Assembly (NCBI GenBank): GCA_037441385.1
Contig: JBBISH010000042.1
Coordinates: 1 to 45,009 of the forward strand
From: Myxococcales bacterium
GTDB taxonomy: Bacteria > Myxococcota_A > UBA9042
Direction: 5' to 3'
Length of the DNA: 45,009 nt
The position numbers and the translations under genes are program-made. The notes below the pieces were generated by a model. That model was not told where the DNA came from and made no database searches. It saw only the letters and a list, made by a program, of their open reading frames with translations. Below, piece after piece: positions 27,161 to 36,476 of this stretch; the first letter of the stretch is position 1; the number at the start of each line of letters is the position of its first letter.

Positions 27161-27204
27161 GGCTGGTCGCGCAGAAAATTGCGCCGCGCGCCCCAAGTCA
27201 GAAT

Positions 27205-27221
27205 GGGGGGCATTTTCTACT
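27205..27221 (-). repeat. Dispersed 17-bp motif AGTAGAAAATGCCCCCC, copy 2
   Basis: Plus strand reads GGGGGGCATTTTCTACT, the exact reverse complement of copies 1 and 3. Confidence 0.9.
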
Positions 27222-27240
27222 TGTTGTTTTTGTTATGTTT

Positions 27241-28887
27241 CTACTTGGCTGTTTCGATGACGGCCACCGGCGTCGGGCCCACCGCAAACGTGATACGCCC
27301 GGTCGCGTCGGGCGTCAGCACGGGCAGCGCAGCGTCGGCGACCGGGTCGGCAGTCAGGGTCGCCAGACGATAGACCCGGCCTGGGCGGCGGTAGAAATAG
27401 GCCGGTTGCTGGGCGTCGTCCTTGGGCTCTGTGCCGGGCTGGGCCTGGGGGTCCCAGGCCACATGCACCTGCCGGCTGCCATCGGCGCGGCCAAAGGCGA
27501 ATTGGTACGGCGCGGTCGAGCGGCTCCGCTCGTCAGCGACAAACCCCATGCCAGCCAACAGCTTGGCCAACCGACCCAGCACCAGCGCCGCGGGCTTGGC
27601 CACCGGTGGCACGGCGTCCAGCGGATCAGCGTCAAAGTGGTACAAGCCAAAGTACTTTTCCCACAACACGCCGCTGCCCGCGGGGTCCGAGTCCGTCAGC
27701 GTGTACCAGCACAGCAGCTGCGTGCCCTGGCTGGCGGCCAGCACCCACGATCGCACCAAGAAGCGCGCCACTTGCCACTCGGACGGGGCGGCGTTCGGCT
27801 GGCTCGCCGGCGCGCTGGGCCAGCCAAGCTCGGTAATCCACAGCGCTTTGGCCTTGGCGCCCCCTTGCTCGTAGATCTTGCGCATGTTCACGGCCGTCTG
27901 GTCCACGGGGATCTGCGGCACCGGCGCACCCGGCGCATTGGCAAATTCCGGTGGATTCATCGGCGGATACAGCGCGTAGGGGTGCCACGACACGCCGTCC
28001 AGGGCCGCGGCCAAGGTCGGATCGGCGGCCAGGCTCGCCGCCAGGAACTTCTCGGCGCCGGGAATGACTTGGCTGATGTAGAACAAACCACCAAAGGTAA
28101 CCAGGGCTTGTGGGTTGGCCGCGTGGACCGCGTCCGCCGCCAAATGGGCCAACTTGGCGTAGGCCACCGGGTCGCCGGCAATGCCGTCGGGCGTCCCCTT
28201 CCAGAAGCGGTAGCCGGCGTTCTGCTCGTTCCACACCTCGTAGTGCTGCACCTTGGCGCCCACATGCTGGGCCACCGCGCCGGCAAAGTTGGCAAAATCC
28301 TGGGGATCGTCGGGCGGATACATGGCATCGCCCTTGACCTGCCCTTGCTTGCTGGCCCACGGCACACCGTAGCCGAGCAGCGCCAACATACGAATCCCGT
28401 GGGCGTTCATCTCGCCGACCGCGGCGTCGATGGCTTGCCAGTTGAAGGCGCCCTTTTGCGGCTCGGCGATCTCCCAGCGGAAATCCCAACGGATCTCGTG
28501 CACTCCCAGGTCCTTGGACGCCTGCCACAAGAACGCGCGCTTGGCTGCCGCGGTGTCGTCTTGGCCCCAGATGAACGCCGACAAACACAGCCGCTGTTCG
28601 AAGTCGGGCCCCTGCGGGCTGGGATCGACGCTCAGATCCACACAAGCACAAGAGTTTTTGGGGTCGCGCTGCGCGCCGAGATCGCAGGCGGTGGCCGCGC
28701 AAGGGTCGGGGACCGCATCGGCCGGGTCGGCAGCTGCATCCGGGGCGTTGGTCGCGTCGCCCGTCGCGTCCGCCACGTCGGCCACGCCCGGCGCACTGGG
28801 CGGCGCGGCCGCAGGCGAACTGCAGGACCACAGCGCCGCGAGGAACAGCACCGCCACCCCCGTTGGCTTGTTCGGTTGGCCTCGCAT
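27241..28887 (-). CDS. Clan GH-A glycoside hydrolase lipoprotein (GH5/GH39-like)
   Basis: Lipobox LWSC and Pro/Ala/Asp linker. IRWDFRW, acid/base YEVWNEQN, WHPY and nucleophile WITELGW. Confidence 0.85.
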   Translation of the reverse strand: MRGQPNKPTGVAVLFLAALWSCSSPAAAPPSAPGVADVADATGDATNAPDAAADPADAVPDPCAATACDLGAQRDPKNSCACVDLSVDPSPQGPDFEQRLCLSAFIWGQDDTAAAKRAFLWQASKDLGVHEIRWDFRWEIAEPQKGAFNWQAIDAAVGEMNAHGIRMLALLGYGVPWASKQGQVKGDAMYPPDDPQDFANFAGAVAQHVGAKVQHYEVWNEQNAGYRFWKGTPDGIAGDPVAYAKLAHLAADAVHAANPQALVTFGGLFYISQVIPGAEKFLAASLAADPTLAAALDGVSWHPYALYPPMNPPEFANAPGAPVPQIPVDQTAVNMRKIYEQGGAKAKALWITELGWPSAPASQPNAAPSEWQVARFLVRSWVLAASQGTQLLCWYTLTDSDPAGSGVLWEKYFGLYHFDADPLDAVPPVAKPAALVLGRLAKLLAGMGFVADERSRSTAPYQFAFGRADGSRQVHVAWDPQAQPGTEPKDDAQQPAYFYRRPGRVYRLATLTADPVADAALPVLTPDATGRITFAVGPTPVAVIETAK

Positions 28888-28917
28888 CCCCGCTCCGGGC
28901 CGCGGATCCGGCCTGCG

Positions 28918-31900
28918 CTACCCGGCGGGGTCGCGCTCCATCCGCCGCAACTCACTCACGGCGCCTAGCGACTCGAAAATACGCCGCGCCTCGGCCGCAT
29001 AATGCTGGCGTCGCTCGGGCAGCGCGCGGCTCCCATCGTAATAGGCCACCCCCGTCTCCCAACGGTTCGGCGAGCGCTCGAGCAGGTCGATGGCCTGGCG
29101 GAAGAGGCGGTCGGCTTTTTGCGTGCGCTTTTCCAGCGCCGCCAGTCGCGCCGTCACGCGCAGCGCCGGGCCGCGCAAGTACGGAAAAATCTTGCCCACG
29201 AGCCGCGCGCGCCCGCAGGATTGCCGGGCGATGCGCAACAAGGTCGACCGGCGGACCGAGCGGGCATCATTCTCGAGCGCGAACAGCGCCGCCTCAGCCG
29301 CGGTCACCCACGCCGCCTGCAAGAACGGCACGCCCACCAAGTAGCGCGACACCGCCTCGTGGGTGCGCACCGCCATGCCCGCCGACCGCTCGACGTGGCC
29401 TTCGCGCACCGCGACCGTGCTCATGTGCATCAAGGTCGCCACGGTATTGGCCAAATCGCGGGCCCGTGCCGACAGCTCCAAGGCGCGCTCGTGCGAGGCC
29501 AGCGTGGTCGCCTCGTCCGCCTGGCCAAGCATCCACTGGCAAAGTGGGATCCAGGTCTTGGCCCATCCCTGGTGCATCTGCGCGTTGATCTCATCGCCGG
29601 TCTTGCCCAAGTCCTCGTAGTGACGCAGCGCCGGCACCAACTCGCCGCGCATGAAGTGGCTGGTTGCCAAAAGCATCACGGCTGTCTGCAGTTCCCACAT
29701 CTCGCCGACCACGCGATAGATGCGCACGGCGTCGCTCAGCAGGCGCTCGGCGCGGGCCAAATCGTTCTGGAACATGATGGCCGTGCCCAAGCGCATTCCC
29801 GCCACGCCTTCGGCCACCGGATCGCGGGCGCGCCGCGCCAGGTCCACCGCCTCTTCGCACCAGCGCGCCGAGCGATTCAGCATGCCCAGCCCAAACAGCA
29901 ACACGCCGTAGAAGCTCCACGCCAGCGCGCGATCTCCGTCGCGCGGCAGGCGCCGGGCCAAGTTCACGGCGTGCATACCGGCCCAGGCAACACGGGCCAC
30001 GTCGATGAAGTAGTACATGCGGATCAGAGCGAACATCACGTCGGCGCGCTTCTGCAGCGCCGGGTCCGCAACCAGCGGCCGTTGGCTGCCAAACGTGGAC
30101 CAGTACAGGTGCACCAGATACTCGCGGAAGACCTGGACGCCCAACGTCGCCAAATTGGCCGGCGGGTCCTGGCCGTACAGGCGCAGCGCGGTCTCTAGCT
30201 CGTCGATGGCGCCGTCGGTGTTGCCCTGCTCTTGCAGCACGCGCCCCACACTCACGTGCACGTCGGCTTTGGCGGTCGCCGTCGTGGCGCGCATCAGGCC
30301 GCGCTGCAGCAGCTGGCGAGCGCGCTCGTACAGCCCCACCTGCCGCGCCGCCTCGCCGGCCTGTTCCTCGATCGCCGCGAGCAATTCTTTGTCGCGGGCC
30401 TGATCCTCGGCGGGCCGGTCGGCAACGGCCATGCGTTTGCCCAGGATCCGCAGCACCGTCTCGAAGTGGCGCAGCGCGTCGTGGTTGGCGTGCAGGTCCA
30501 TGGCCTTGCGACCGGCCAGCACGGCGTAGTGCAGCGCTTTGCCGTCGTCGCCGGCTTGCAGCCAGTGGTAGGCCAAAGCGTCGATGTCCGCCCCGGCCGG
30601 GACGGGATGGCCCGCCCGCACCGCGGCCTCGGCTCCGGCCAAAGCTTCGGCAGTCAGGTCCTCCATCGCCACGGCCAAGCTGCGGTGCAGCTCGACTTGC
30701 TGTTGCGGCAGGAGCACTTGCAGCACGACTTCGCGGACGCGGTTGTGGTAGGGCTCGATGCGATCGCGATCGCTGTCCCCCGATCCGCGCAGCATCTTGG
30801 CCGAGCGCAGCCGCAGCAGAGCCTGGCGCGCGTTGGCTCCCAAGCCGGCCGCTGCCACCGCGACCCCCTGGGCCACCGGCCGACCGGCCACGGCCACTGT
30901 GTGCAGCAAGTGCTGCGATTCCTCAGGCAACTTGCTGACACGATTACGGATCAGCTGTTCAAGCGACACTTGCACCGACGTAGTCGAGGCCGCGCCCTGA
31001 GCGATCCGGTCGTCGCGATTGCGCACCAACTCGACCACGTACAGCGGGCTGCCGTTGGCGTCCGAGGCCACCATCTGCGCGCGCTGCTCGCCGTTGGCGA
31101 TGTCGCCCAACATTTGCGCGGCCAGGACCTTGCATTCTTCGTGGCTCAGCGGCTCCAGGTCAATGGCATCGCTGCCCGGCTGGCCGTTGCGGTCCGGGCT
31201 CAGCTTGCGCAGGGCTACCAGGGCCGAGCTGGGCGCCTGATCGTCGTTGCGATAGGCCAGCACCAACAGCACCGGCGGCGCATCCGGCGGCTCCAGCAAA
31301 GCCTCGAGCATGTCGACCGAGTCCAGGTCGACCCATTGCAGGTCGTCCAAGAACAGCACCCAGGGCCGCTGCTTGGCCAGGGCCGTCAGCAGGTAGCGCA
31401 GCGCGGCAAAAGCCCGGCGACGCACGGTGCGGTTGTCGGTCAGGGCCGACGAACGGCCCTCCATGGCCGTGGCGACCGCCGGCACGCGCAGCAACACCGG
31501 GAAGATCTGCGACAACACCGCCCACTCGGCCGGCTGCAGCGCCGCCAGGTGCGCGGGGTCCAGGGCCAACAACCGCCGACTCAGGTTGTCGATCAGCGCG
31601 TCAAAGGCCTTGTAGGGCAAGGCCTCGCGCTCGTGGCAGCGCCCCTCGAGCAGGCCAAGGTCCACGCCAGTCTCGCGCGCACGGCGGACGAACTCTTCAA
31701 AAAGGGCGGTCTTGCCCATGCCGGCCGCACCGCGGAGGTGCAGAGCCACCACTTGCCCAGCTCGGGCCCGCTCCAGCGCCCGGTCCAAAGCGGCCAAGCT
31801 CTCTGGACGGCCAACGAATTTCTCGCCAGCGCTCTCCAACGCGGCCAGCTCGCTCGACTCGGGCCGAATGCCAAGGGCCCGCAGCAGCGCCACGCCCTCG

Positions 31901-32823
31901 GGCCGCTGGGTTGGATCGGCGTGCAGCAAGCGCACCGCCAAATCGGCAAGATCCTGCGGCGCCGTAGGGTTCCAGCGCAGCGGGTGCACCACCGCCCCTT
32001 CCTGCTTGGCCTGCACCATCTGCAGCCAGCGGTCCTGCTCGAACGGCAGATGCCCGGTCAGAGCCTCGTACAGCATCACCCCGACCGAATACCAGTCCGA
32101 CGCAGGTCCGATCGGCTTGCCAATGCTCTGCTCGGGCGACATGTAGGCGGGCGTGCCACTGATGGCGCCGTGAAGTGCGGCGTCGACTTCGGCGTGGCTC
32201 ACGTCGCTCGCTAGGCCAAAATCCAGCATCACCAGCCGGCCCGTCGCACCCACCATCACGTTCGACGGCTTGATGTCGCGGTGGAGCTTGCCGGCCGCGT
32301 GAATCGCCTGCACACCCAGCACCAGTTGGCGCATCGCGGCGCGCAGCCGCAGCGGGTCAAACCGCGGGGCACGCAAGCCTTTGCCTACTCTGCGCAATTC
32401 CGGCATCTTGCCGGTCAAGTCCGGCGCAGCCGCGTCCAGCGTTTCGTCGCCCGAGGGCCCGCCCAGCTCCATGCTGAATTGCGTCGGCGTGGACGGAGTG
32501 TCGCCTTTGACGCTCTCGCCCTGCACCCACGTCATGAAATCGACGCCCTCGACCAGCTCCATCGTAAAGAACCAGGCCGGCTCGGCTGCGACCAAGTCGT
32601 ACAGGCCCACCAAGTTGGGATGGCTGGTGTCGGCCAGGCTGCGGAACTCGGCCTTGAGCTTGTAGATGCTCTCTGGGTTCAGGCTGCTCAGGACTTTGAG
32701 GGCCACGTCCATGCGGCGCTCGGCGTCCCACACGTGGTAGACCACGCCCATGCCGCCGTGGCCCAAGCGGCTGCGCACGTGGTAGCGCGAGTTGCCTTCA
32801 AATTCCGCTGGCGCGTGGCTCAT
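28918..32823 (-). CDS. Ser/Thr protein kinase with AAA (STAND-like) ATPase and TPR-like repeats
   Basis: Kinase motifs LGHGGMGVVY, VALK, HRDIKPSN, DFG and GTPAYMSPE. Walker A GAAGMGKT, Walker B LFLDDLQW, helical repeat C-terminus. Start set at ATG 32823. Confidence 0.93.
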   Translation of the reverse strand: MSHAPAEFEGNSRYHVRSRLGHGGMGVVYHVWDAERRMDVALKVLSSLNPESIYKLKAEFRSLADTSHPNLVGLYDLVAAEPAWFFTMELVEGVDFMTWVQGESVKGDTPSTPTQFSMELGGPSGDETLDAAAPDLTGKMPELRRVGKGLRAPRFDPLRLRAAMRQLVLGVQAIHAAGKLHRDIKPSNVMVGATGRLVMLDFGLASDVSHAEVDAALHGAISGTPAYMSPEQSIGKPIGPASDWYSVGVMLYEALTGHLPFEQDRWLQMVQAKQEGAVVHPLRWNPTAPQDLADLAVRLLHADPTQRPEGVALLRALGIRPESSELAALESAGEKFVGRPESLAALDRALERARAGQVVALHLRGAAGMGKTALFEEFVRRARETGVDLGLLEGRCHEREALPYKAFDALIDNLSRRLLALDPAHLAALQPAEWAVLSQIFPVLLRVPAVATAMEGRSSALTDNRTVRRRAFAALRYLLTALAKQRPWVLFLDDLQWVDLDSVDMLEALLEPPDAPPVLLVLAYRNDDQAPSSALVALRKLSPDRNGQPGSDAIDLEPLSHEECKVLAAQMLGDIANGEQRAQMVASDANGSPLYVVELVRNRDDRIAQGAASTTSVQVSLEQLIRNRVSKLPEESQHLLHTVAVAGRPVAQGVAVAAAGLGANARQALLRLRSAKMLRGSGDSDRDRIEPYHNRVREVVLQVLLPQQQVELHRSLAVAMEDLTAEALAGAEAAVRAGHPVPAGADIDALAYHWLQAGDDGKALHYAVLAGRKAMDLHANHDALRHFETVLRILGKRMAVADRPAEDQARDKELLAAIEEQAGEAARQVGLYERARQLLQRGLMRATTATAKADVHVSVGRVLQEQGNTDGAIDELETALRLYGQDPPANLATLGVQVFREYLVHLYWSTFGSQRPLVADPALQKRADVMFALIRMYYFIDVARVAWAGMHAVNLARRLPRDGDRALAWSFYGVLLFGLGMLNRSARWCEEAVDLARRARDPVAEGVAGMRLGTAIMFQNDLARAERLLSDAVRIYRVVGEMWELQTAVMLLATSHFMRGELVPALRHYEDLGKTGDEINAQMHQGWAKTWIPLCQWMLGQADEATTLASHERALELSARARDLANTVATLMHMSTVAVREGHVERSAGMAVRTHEAVSRYLVGVPFLQAAWVTAAEAALFALENDARSVRRSTLLRIARQSCGRARLVGKIFPYLRGPALRVTARLAALEKRTQKADRLFRQAIDLLERSPNRWETGVAYYDGSRALPERRQHYAAEARRIFESLGAVSELRRMERDPAG

Positions 32824-33091
32824 CGACCCCAAGCTCTTGCCGCCTTGGCGAACCCATTGCTGGTGTGGCCCGCGAGCGGTCGGGCCGGCGAACTCGGCTG
32901 CGCGGCGATGCAGCACAGCTTTCGCGCCTACCTAGTACCACACTCCAAGAAAATGCAGTACTGCGCGGGCGTCGATTTCGCGAACTCGGCGCGACAGGCA
33001 AGCCGTTGGCCCGCCGGGACCGGATCATCGCCGTGCTTGCGCGATCCGCCGCCCGCAGACGCGTGCAAATCGATCTGTGGGCAAGCTGCGG

Positions 33092-34357
33092 TCAGTTCAG
33101 TCCGACCGCGACCGACGCACAGCCCAACAGCAAGTGCAGTGCCGTTACCCCAACCAGCGTTCCATGGCGGCGATACAACCAACCAAAGAGCAGGCTTGCC
33201 ACCACCGTGACCATCGCGAATTCCAACGACACGTACAGGTGGTAGATGCCAAACAGCGCCGAGGTCAGGACCACCGGGGTCGCCGGTCGCGCATCGGGCA
33301 TCAGCCGCGCCAGCGAGCCCTGGATCACGCCCCGCCCGATCAGCTCCTGCAAAAAGCAATGCGCCGGGTAGAGGCCAAAGAAAAGCATGGTCTCCACGTG
33401 CGAATAGCTGGCGAGCGACCCCCAAGCGAACAGGGGCTGGCCGGGCGCGCGGGTCGAGGCGGCGTAGCCCGCGATGATCGCCACACAGACGACAGCGGCC
33501 CACAGCGACTCCCTTAGACTGCGCGCGGAGTTGCGCCGCGTCAGACCAAAGGTCGACAGCGGCAGGCGCTGCTGCCAGGCGAACCAGGCAATCGGCGCAA
33601 AGGTCAGCAACAAGAATGTCCACGACAGCAGCATTTGCGTCGATGGCGGCAGGCCGGCGTGAATGAGCCGGGTCACCGCGCTCGAGATGCCGAACAACAC
33701 CATAGTCACGGTAAAAAACCGCGCCAGATTGACGCGCATGCGCCCTTGGTCCAGTTCGGCCTGCAGCGACGCGGCGTGCTCTTCGTTCAGGTCGCGCATC
33801 CGCTGGATGACGGCGGTCGCCACCGCGGCGGTCAGCACGTGACCCAGGCGAATTCCGTCGGAGTCGGCATCCAAAGTGCTGTGATCAATCACAAGAATTG
33901 CGCTGGGGCGATCGGCGACCACGGTAGCCGAAGCCGGATTGCCGTCGATGAACGACATTTCGCCAAACACGGCCCCTTTGTGGAGTTCCTTGATGCGAAA
34001 AAAGGTCGTTTCTACGGCGGCTTCGGGATTGCCGTCGCCGCCCGCCACTCCCGCACCGGCCGCCGCGCCGATCGACTTGATCACCGAGACCTCGCCCATG
34101 AGGACCCAGTAGAGCGAATTCGAGCGTTGTCCTTCGACCAGGATGTCCTCGCCGGGGTGGCAGCGTCGCACTCGGCCCAAATCGGCCAGCCGCGTCAGGT
34201 CCGCCGGCGAGAGATGCCGGGCCAAGTCCAAACTCTGGATCGCCCGCAGCAGAGACGCGCGGTCATCCAGCCACGCCGGCCAATCGACGGGTGTCGCATC
34301 CACGCCGTGGCCCGGAAGCACCACTGCTTGGCTTGGATGTCGGGCGCCAGCGACCAT
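33092..34357 (-). CDS. Cyclic-nucleotide-binding domain fused to a CPBP (CAAX/Abi) intramembrane protease domain
   Basis: cNMP motifs G.V.V, FGEMSF and ASATVVA. C-terminal TM domain with QELIGRG, FGIYH and a distal H. Start uncertain (34357 or 34393). Confidence 0.85.
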   Translation of the reverse strand: MVAGARHPSQAVVLPGHGVDATPVDWPAWLDDRASLLRAIQSLDLARHLSPADLTRLADLGRVRRCHPGEDILVEGQRSNSLYWVLMGEVSVIKSIGAAAGAGVAGGDGNPEAAVETTFFRIKELHKGAVFGEMSFIDGNPASATVVADRPSAILVIDHSTLDADSDGIRLGHVLTAAVATAVIQRMRDLNEEHAASLQAELDQGRMRVNLARFFTVTMVLFGISSAVTRLIHAGLPPSTQMLLSWTFLLLTFAPIAWFAWQQRLPLSTFGLTRRNSARSLRESLWAAVVCVAIIAGYAASTRAPGQPLFAWGSLASYSHVETMLFFGLYPAHCFLQELIGRGVIQGSLARLMPDARPATPVVLTSALFGIYHLYVSLEFAMVTVVASLLFGWLYRRHGTLVGVTALHLLLGCASVAVGLN

Positions 34358-34422
34358 GCCCGCAAGGCTATCCCACTCGCCCAGCGCTGCCAACTTGCGG
34401 CCGCGCGTTCCGTTCGCGCCGC

Positions 34423-34450
34423 GGCCTTGGGCCTTGGGCCTTGGGCCTTG
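34423..34450. repeat. Tandem heptamer (GGCCTTG)x4
   Basis: Four exact units in the divergent intergenic region. Confidence 0.9.
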
Positions 34451-34505
34451 CAGGTTTGACCACGCTGGGTTAGATAACCAGCGTTCATCCCCCTCTAGGA
34501 GCCGG

Positions 34506-35921
34506 ATGCGTATCGCAGTAATTTCGACCTACACGCACCCCACCCGCCTCCGCATCAAAGAGCCATCGGTCATGCAGTCGGCCGTGCCGGAATTGATCGC
34601 CGGCCTGTGTCCGCCCGACGCCGTCATCGAGCTGTACAACGAGAAAGAGACGGACATCCCGCTGGATCGCGATTGGGATCTGGTGTTCTTCTCGTACCTT
34701 CACTCGTACTACGAACACACCAAGGTGCTGTCTACGCTGCTCCGCAAGCGCGGCGTGAAAACCGTGGCCGGCGGCCGCCATGCTGGGCATTTTGCCGACG
34801 ACGCCGAACTTTGGTTCGACGCGGTCATCACGGGCGCACCCGAACCCAATGTGCCGCAAGTGGTGGCGGATTTTGCCAAGGGTCAACTGAAGAAGCGCTA
34901 CGACGCCGCGGGCGATGGGGCCGCCGGCATCCAACCGTATCGCTATGACCTGATCGACTACAGCCACAACCGCATTCGACTGCCGGGAATCGAGGCGTCG
35001 CGAGGCTGCCCATTCACCTGCAATTTTTGTGTGTTGACTGGCTACGAGAAGTACCGTTTCCGGCCGGTCCAAGAAGTGGTCGACGAAATCGAAACGCGCA
35101 TGACCTGGAACAAGAATTGGTTCGGCCTGTTCGACAACACGTTCATCTTCTTGGACAACAACTTGGGCGGCAGTCCCAAGTACCTGCGCGCGCTGTGCGA
35201 GGCGCTCGTCCCCAAGAAGCGAATCTGGGGTTGCGCCCTGACCTTCAACATTCTGCGCGACGAGGAACTGGTCAAGCTGATGGCCAAGGCCGGTTGCCGC
35301 TACATCTATACAGGTCTTGAATCGCTGAATCCGGACTCGATCGAGCACTTCCACAAGGGCCAGAACAAGATCAGCGAGGTCGACGAAGTCATCCGCCGCG
35401 CCTTCAACAATGGCATCCTGTTGTCGTTTGGGCTCTTGGTGGGTTCCGACGGCGACACCAACGACTACCTGCGCCGCTTGCCCGGCTACCTGGCCGACCT
35501 GAAGTACTTCTCGATCACGTTCTTGGGCATCGTCTGCCCTTATCCCGAAACACCGATCTTCGCCCAGATGAAGGCAGAAAAGCGCCTGCTTCCTGGGACG
35601 TGCTCGCGCGACTACGACGGCTACACCTTGTGCCACCAGCCCAAGCAACTGACACCCAGCGAGACCGTGGACCATTTCCAGCGCCTTTGCCGCGAGTTGG
35701 GGACGTGGAGCAACATTGCGCGCCACTATGCGACCACGCTAGGCTCGTCGTCGATTCCGCAGTACAAGAAGGTGATCTTGGCGTCGGGCCCTGAGATCGT
35801 GTCGATCCGCAACCCAATCCGCAACCGCGACCGCACCTATATCGCCGGCCACGACGAGGTCGAGGAATGGGACCGGCAAAAGCTGCTGGAACTCGATATT
35901 CCCCGGCAGATGCTATCGTAG
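34506..35921 (+). CDS. Cobalamin-binding radical SAM enzyme
   Basis: AGGAG RBS and ATG 34506. VAGGRH B12-domain motif, SRGCPFTCNFC, FLDNN and GLES. Confidence 0.9.
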   Translation: MRIAVISTYTHPTRLRIKEPSVMQSAVPELIAGLCPPDAVIELYNEKETDIPLDRDWDLVFFSYLHSYYEHTKVLSTLLRKRGVKTVAGGRHAGHFADDAELWFDAVITGAPEPNVPQVVADFAKGQLKKRYDAAGDGAAGIQPYRYDLIDYSHNRIRLPGIEASRGCPFTCNFCVLTGYEKYRFRPVQEVVDEIETRMTWNKNWFGLFDNTFIFLDNNLGGSPKYLRALCEALVPKKRIWGCALTFNILRDEELVKLMAKAGCRYIYTGLESLNPDSIEHFHKGQNKISEVDEVIRRAFNNGILLSFGLLVGSDGDTNDYLRRLPGYLADLKYFSITFLGIVCPYPETPIFAQMKAEKRLLPGTCSRDYDGYTLCHQPKQLTPSETVDHFQRLCRELGTWSNIARHYATTLGSSSIPQYKKVILASGPEIVSIRNPIRNRDRTYIAGHDEVEEWDRQKLLELDIPRQMLS

Positions 35922-36476
35922 CCGCCCAAGACCCAGACGTTCTGCGTGCAGAATCGCGATGATGGTCATGCTGTCGGTGATCGCACCGTCTAGCACCATT
36001 TGCAGCACCTCGGTAAGCGGCATGGGCGTGTAGGCCACGTCCTCGTCGTCGTCTTGCTCGGCGCTGGCGGGGCTGAGCCCGCGGCCGATGTACAGATGCG
36101 CCGTCTCGTCGATAGAACTTTTGCTGGTGTGATAGGTGCTTACGTGGATCAGCTCGGCCGCGCGATGGCCGGCCTCCTCGGCAAGCTCGCGCTGGGCGGC
36201 CGCCTCGAACGACTCGCCGGGGCGCACGCCACCGGTCGGCATTTCCCACGTGTAGCGTCCGACAATGTAGCGAAACTGCCGCACCATCAGCACTTGCCCG
36301 TCGTCCGTAAGGGGCAGCACACCCACGCAATGCCCGCACTCGATGACGGTGTAGGGTCGCTCGCGGCCGTCGGCGTACCGCACTGTGTCCTCGCGCACGC
36401 CCAGCCATGGCGTCTGGTGCAGCTGACGGCTGTGTTGGCGGCGCATCGGCACGTCGGCGGGCAGTTCATGGCTCAT
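35913..36476 (-). CDS. NUDIX hydrolase (ADP-ribose pyrophosphatase-like)
   Basis: Nudix box GGVRPGESFEAAAQRELAEEAG and VRQFRY. Start ATG 36476 overlaps the upstream gene end. Confidence 0.9.
   Translation of the reverse strand: MSHELPADVPMRRQHSRQLHQTPWLGVREDTVRYADGRERPYTVIECGHCVGVLPLTDDGQVLMVRQFRYIVGRYTWEMPTGGVRPGESFEAAAQRELAEEAGHRAAELIHVSTYHTSKSSIDETAHLYIGRGLSPASAEQDDDEDVAYTPMPLTEVLQMVLDGAITDSMTIIAILHAERLGLGRLR

Noticed and set aside
27222..27244. TTATGTT in the AT-rich patch as a dif/Xer site
   Set aside because: Only 7 nt match the XerD arm and there is no XerC arm at the right spacing.
26542..28968. 808-aa plus-strand ORF and the many other long overlapping ORFs
   Set aside because: Arg/Gly/Pro-rich shadow frames of genes with clear motifs on another frame or strand, as expected at high GC.
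32948..32964. AGAAAATGC plus palindrome GCAGTACTGC as a fourth motif copy
   Set aside because: Only 9 of 17 nt match, the C-run is absent and the orientation is opposite to the flanking genes.
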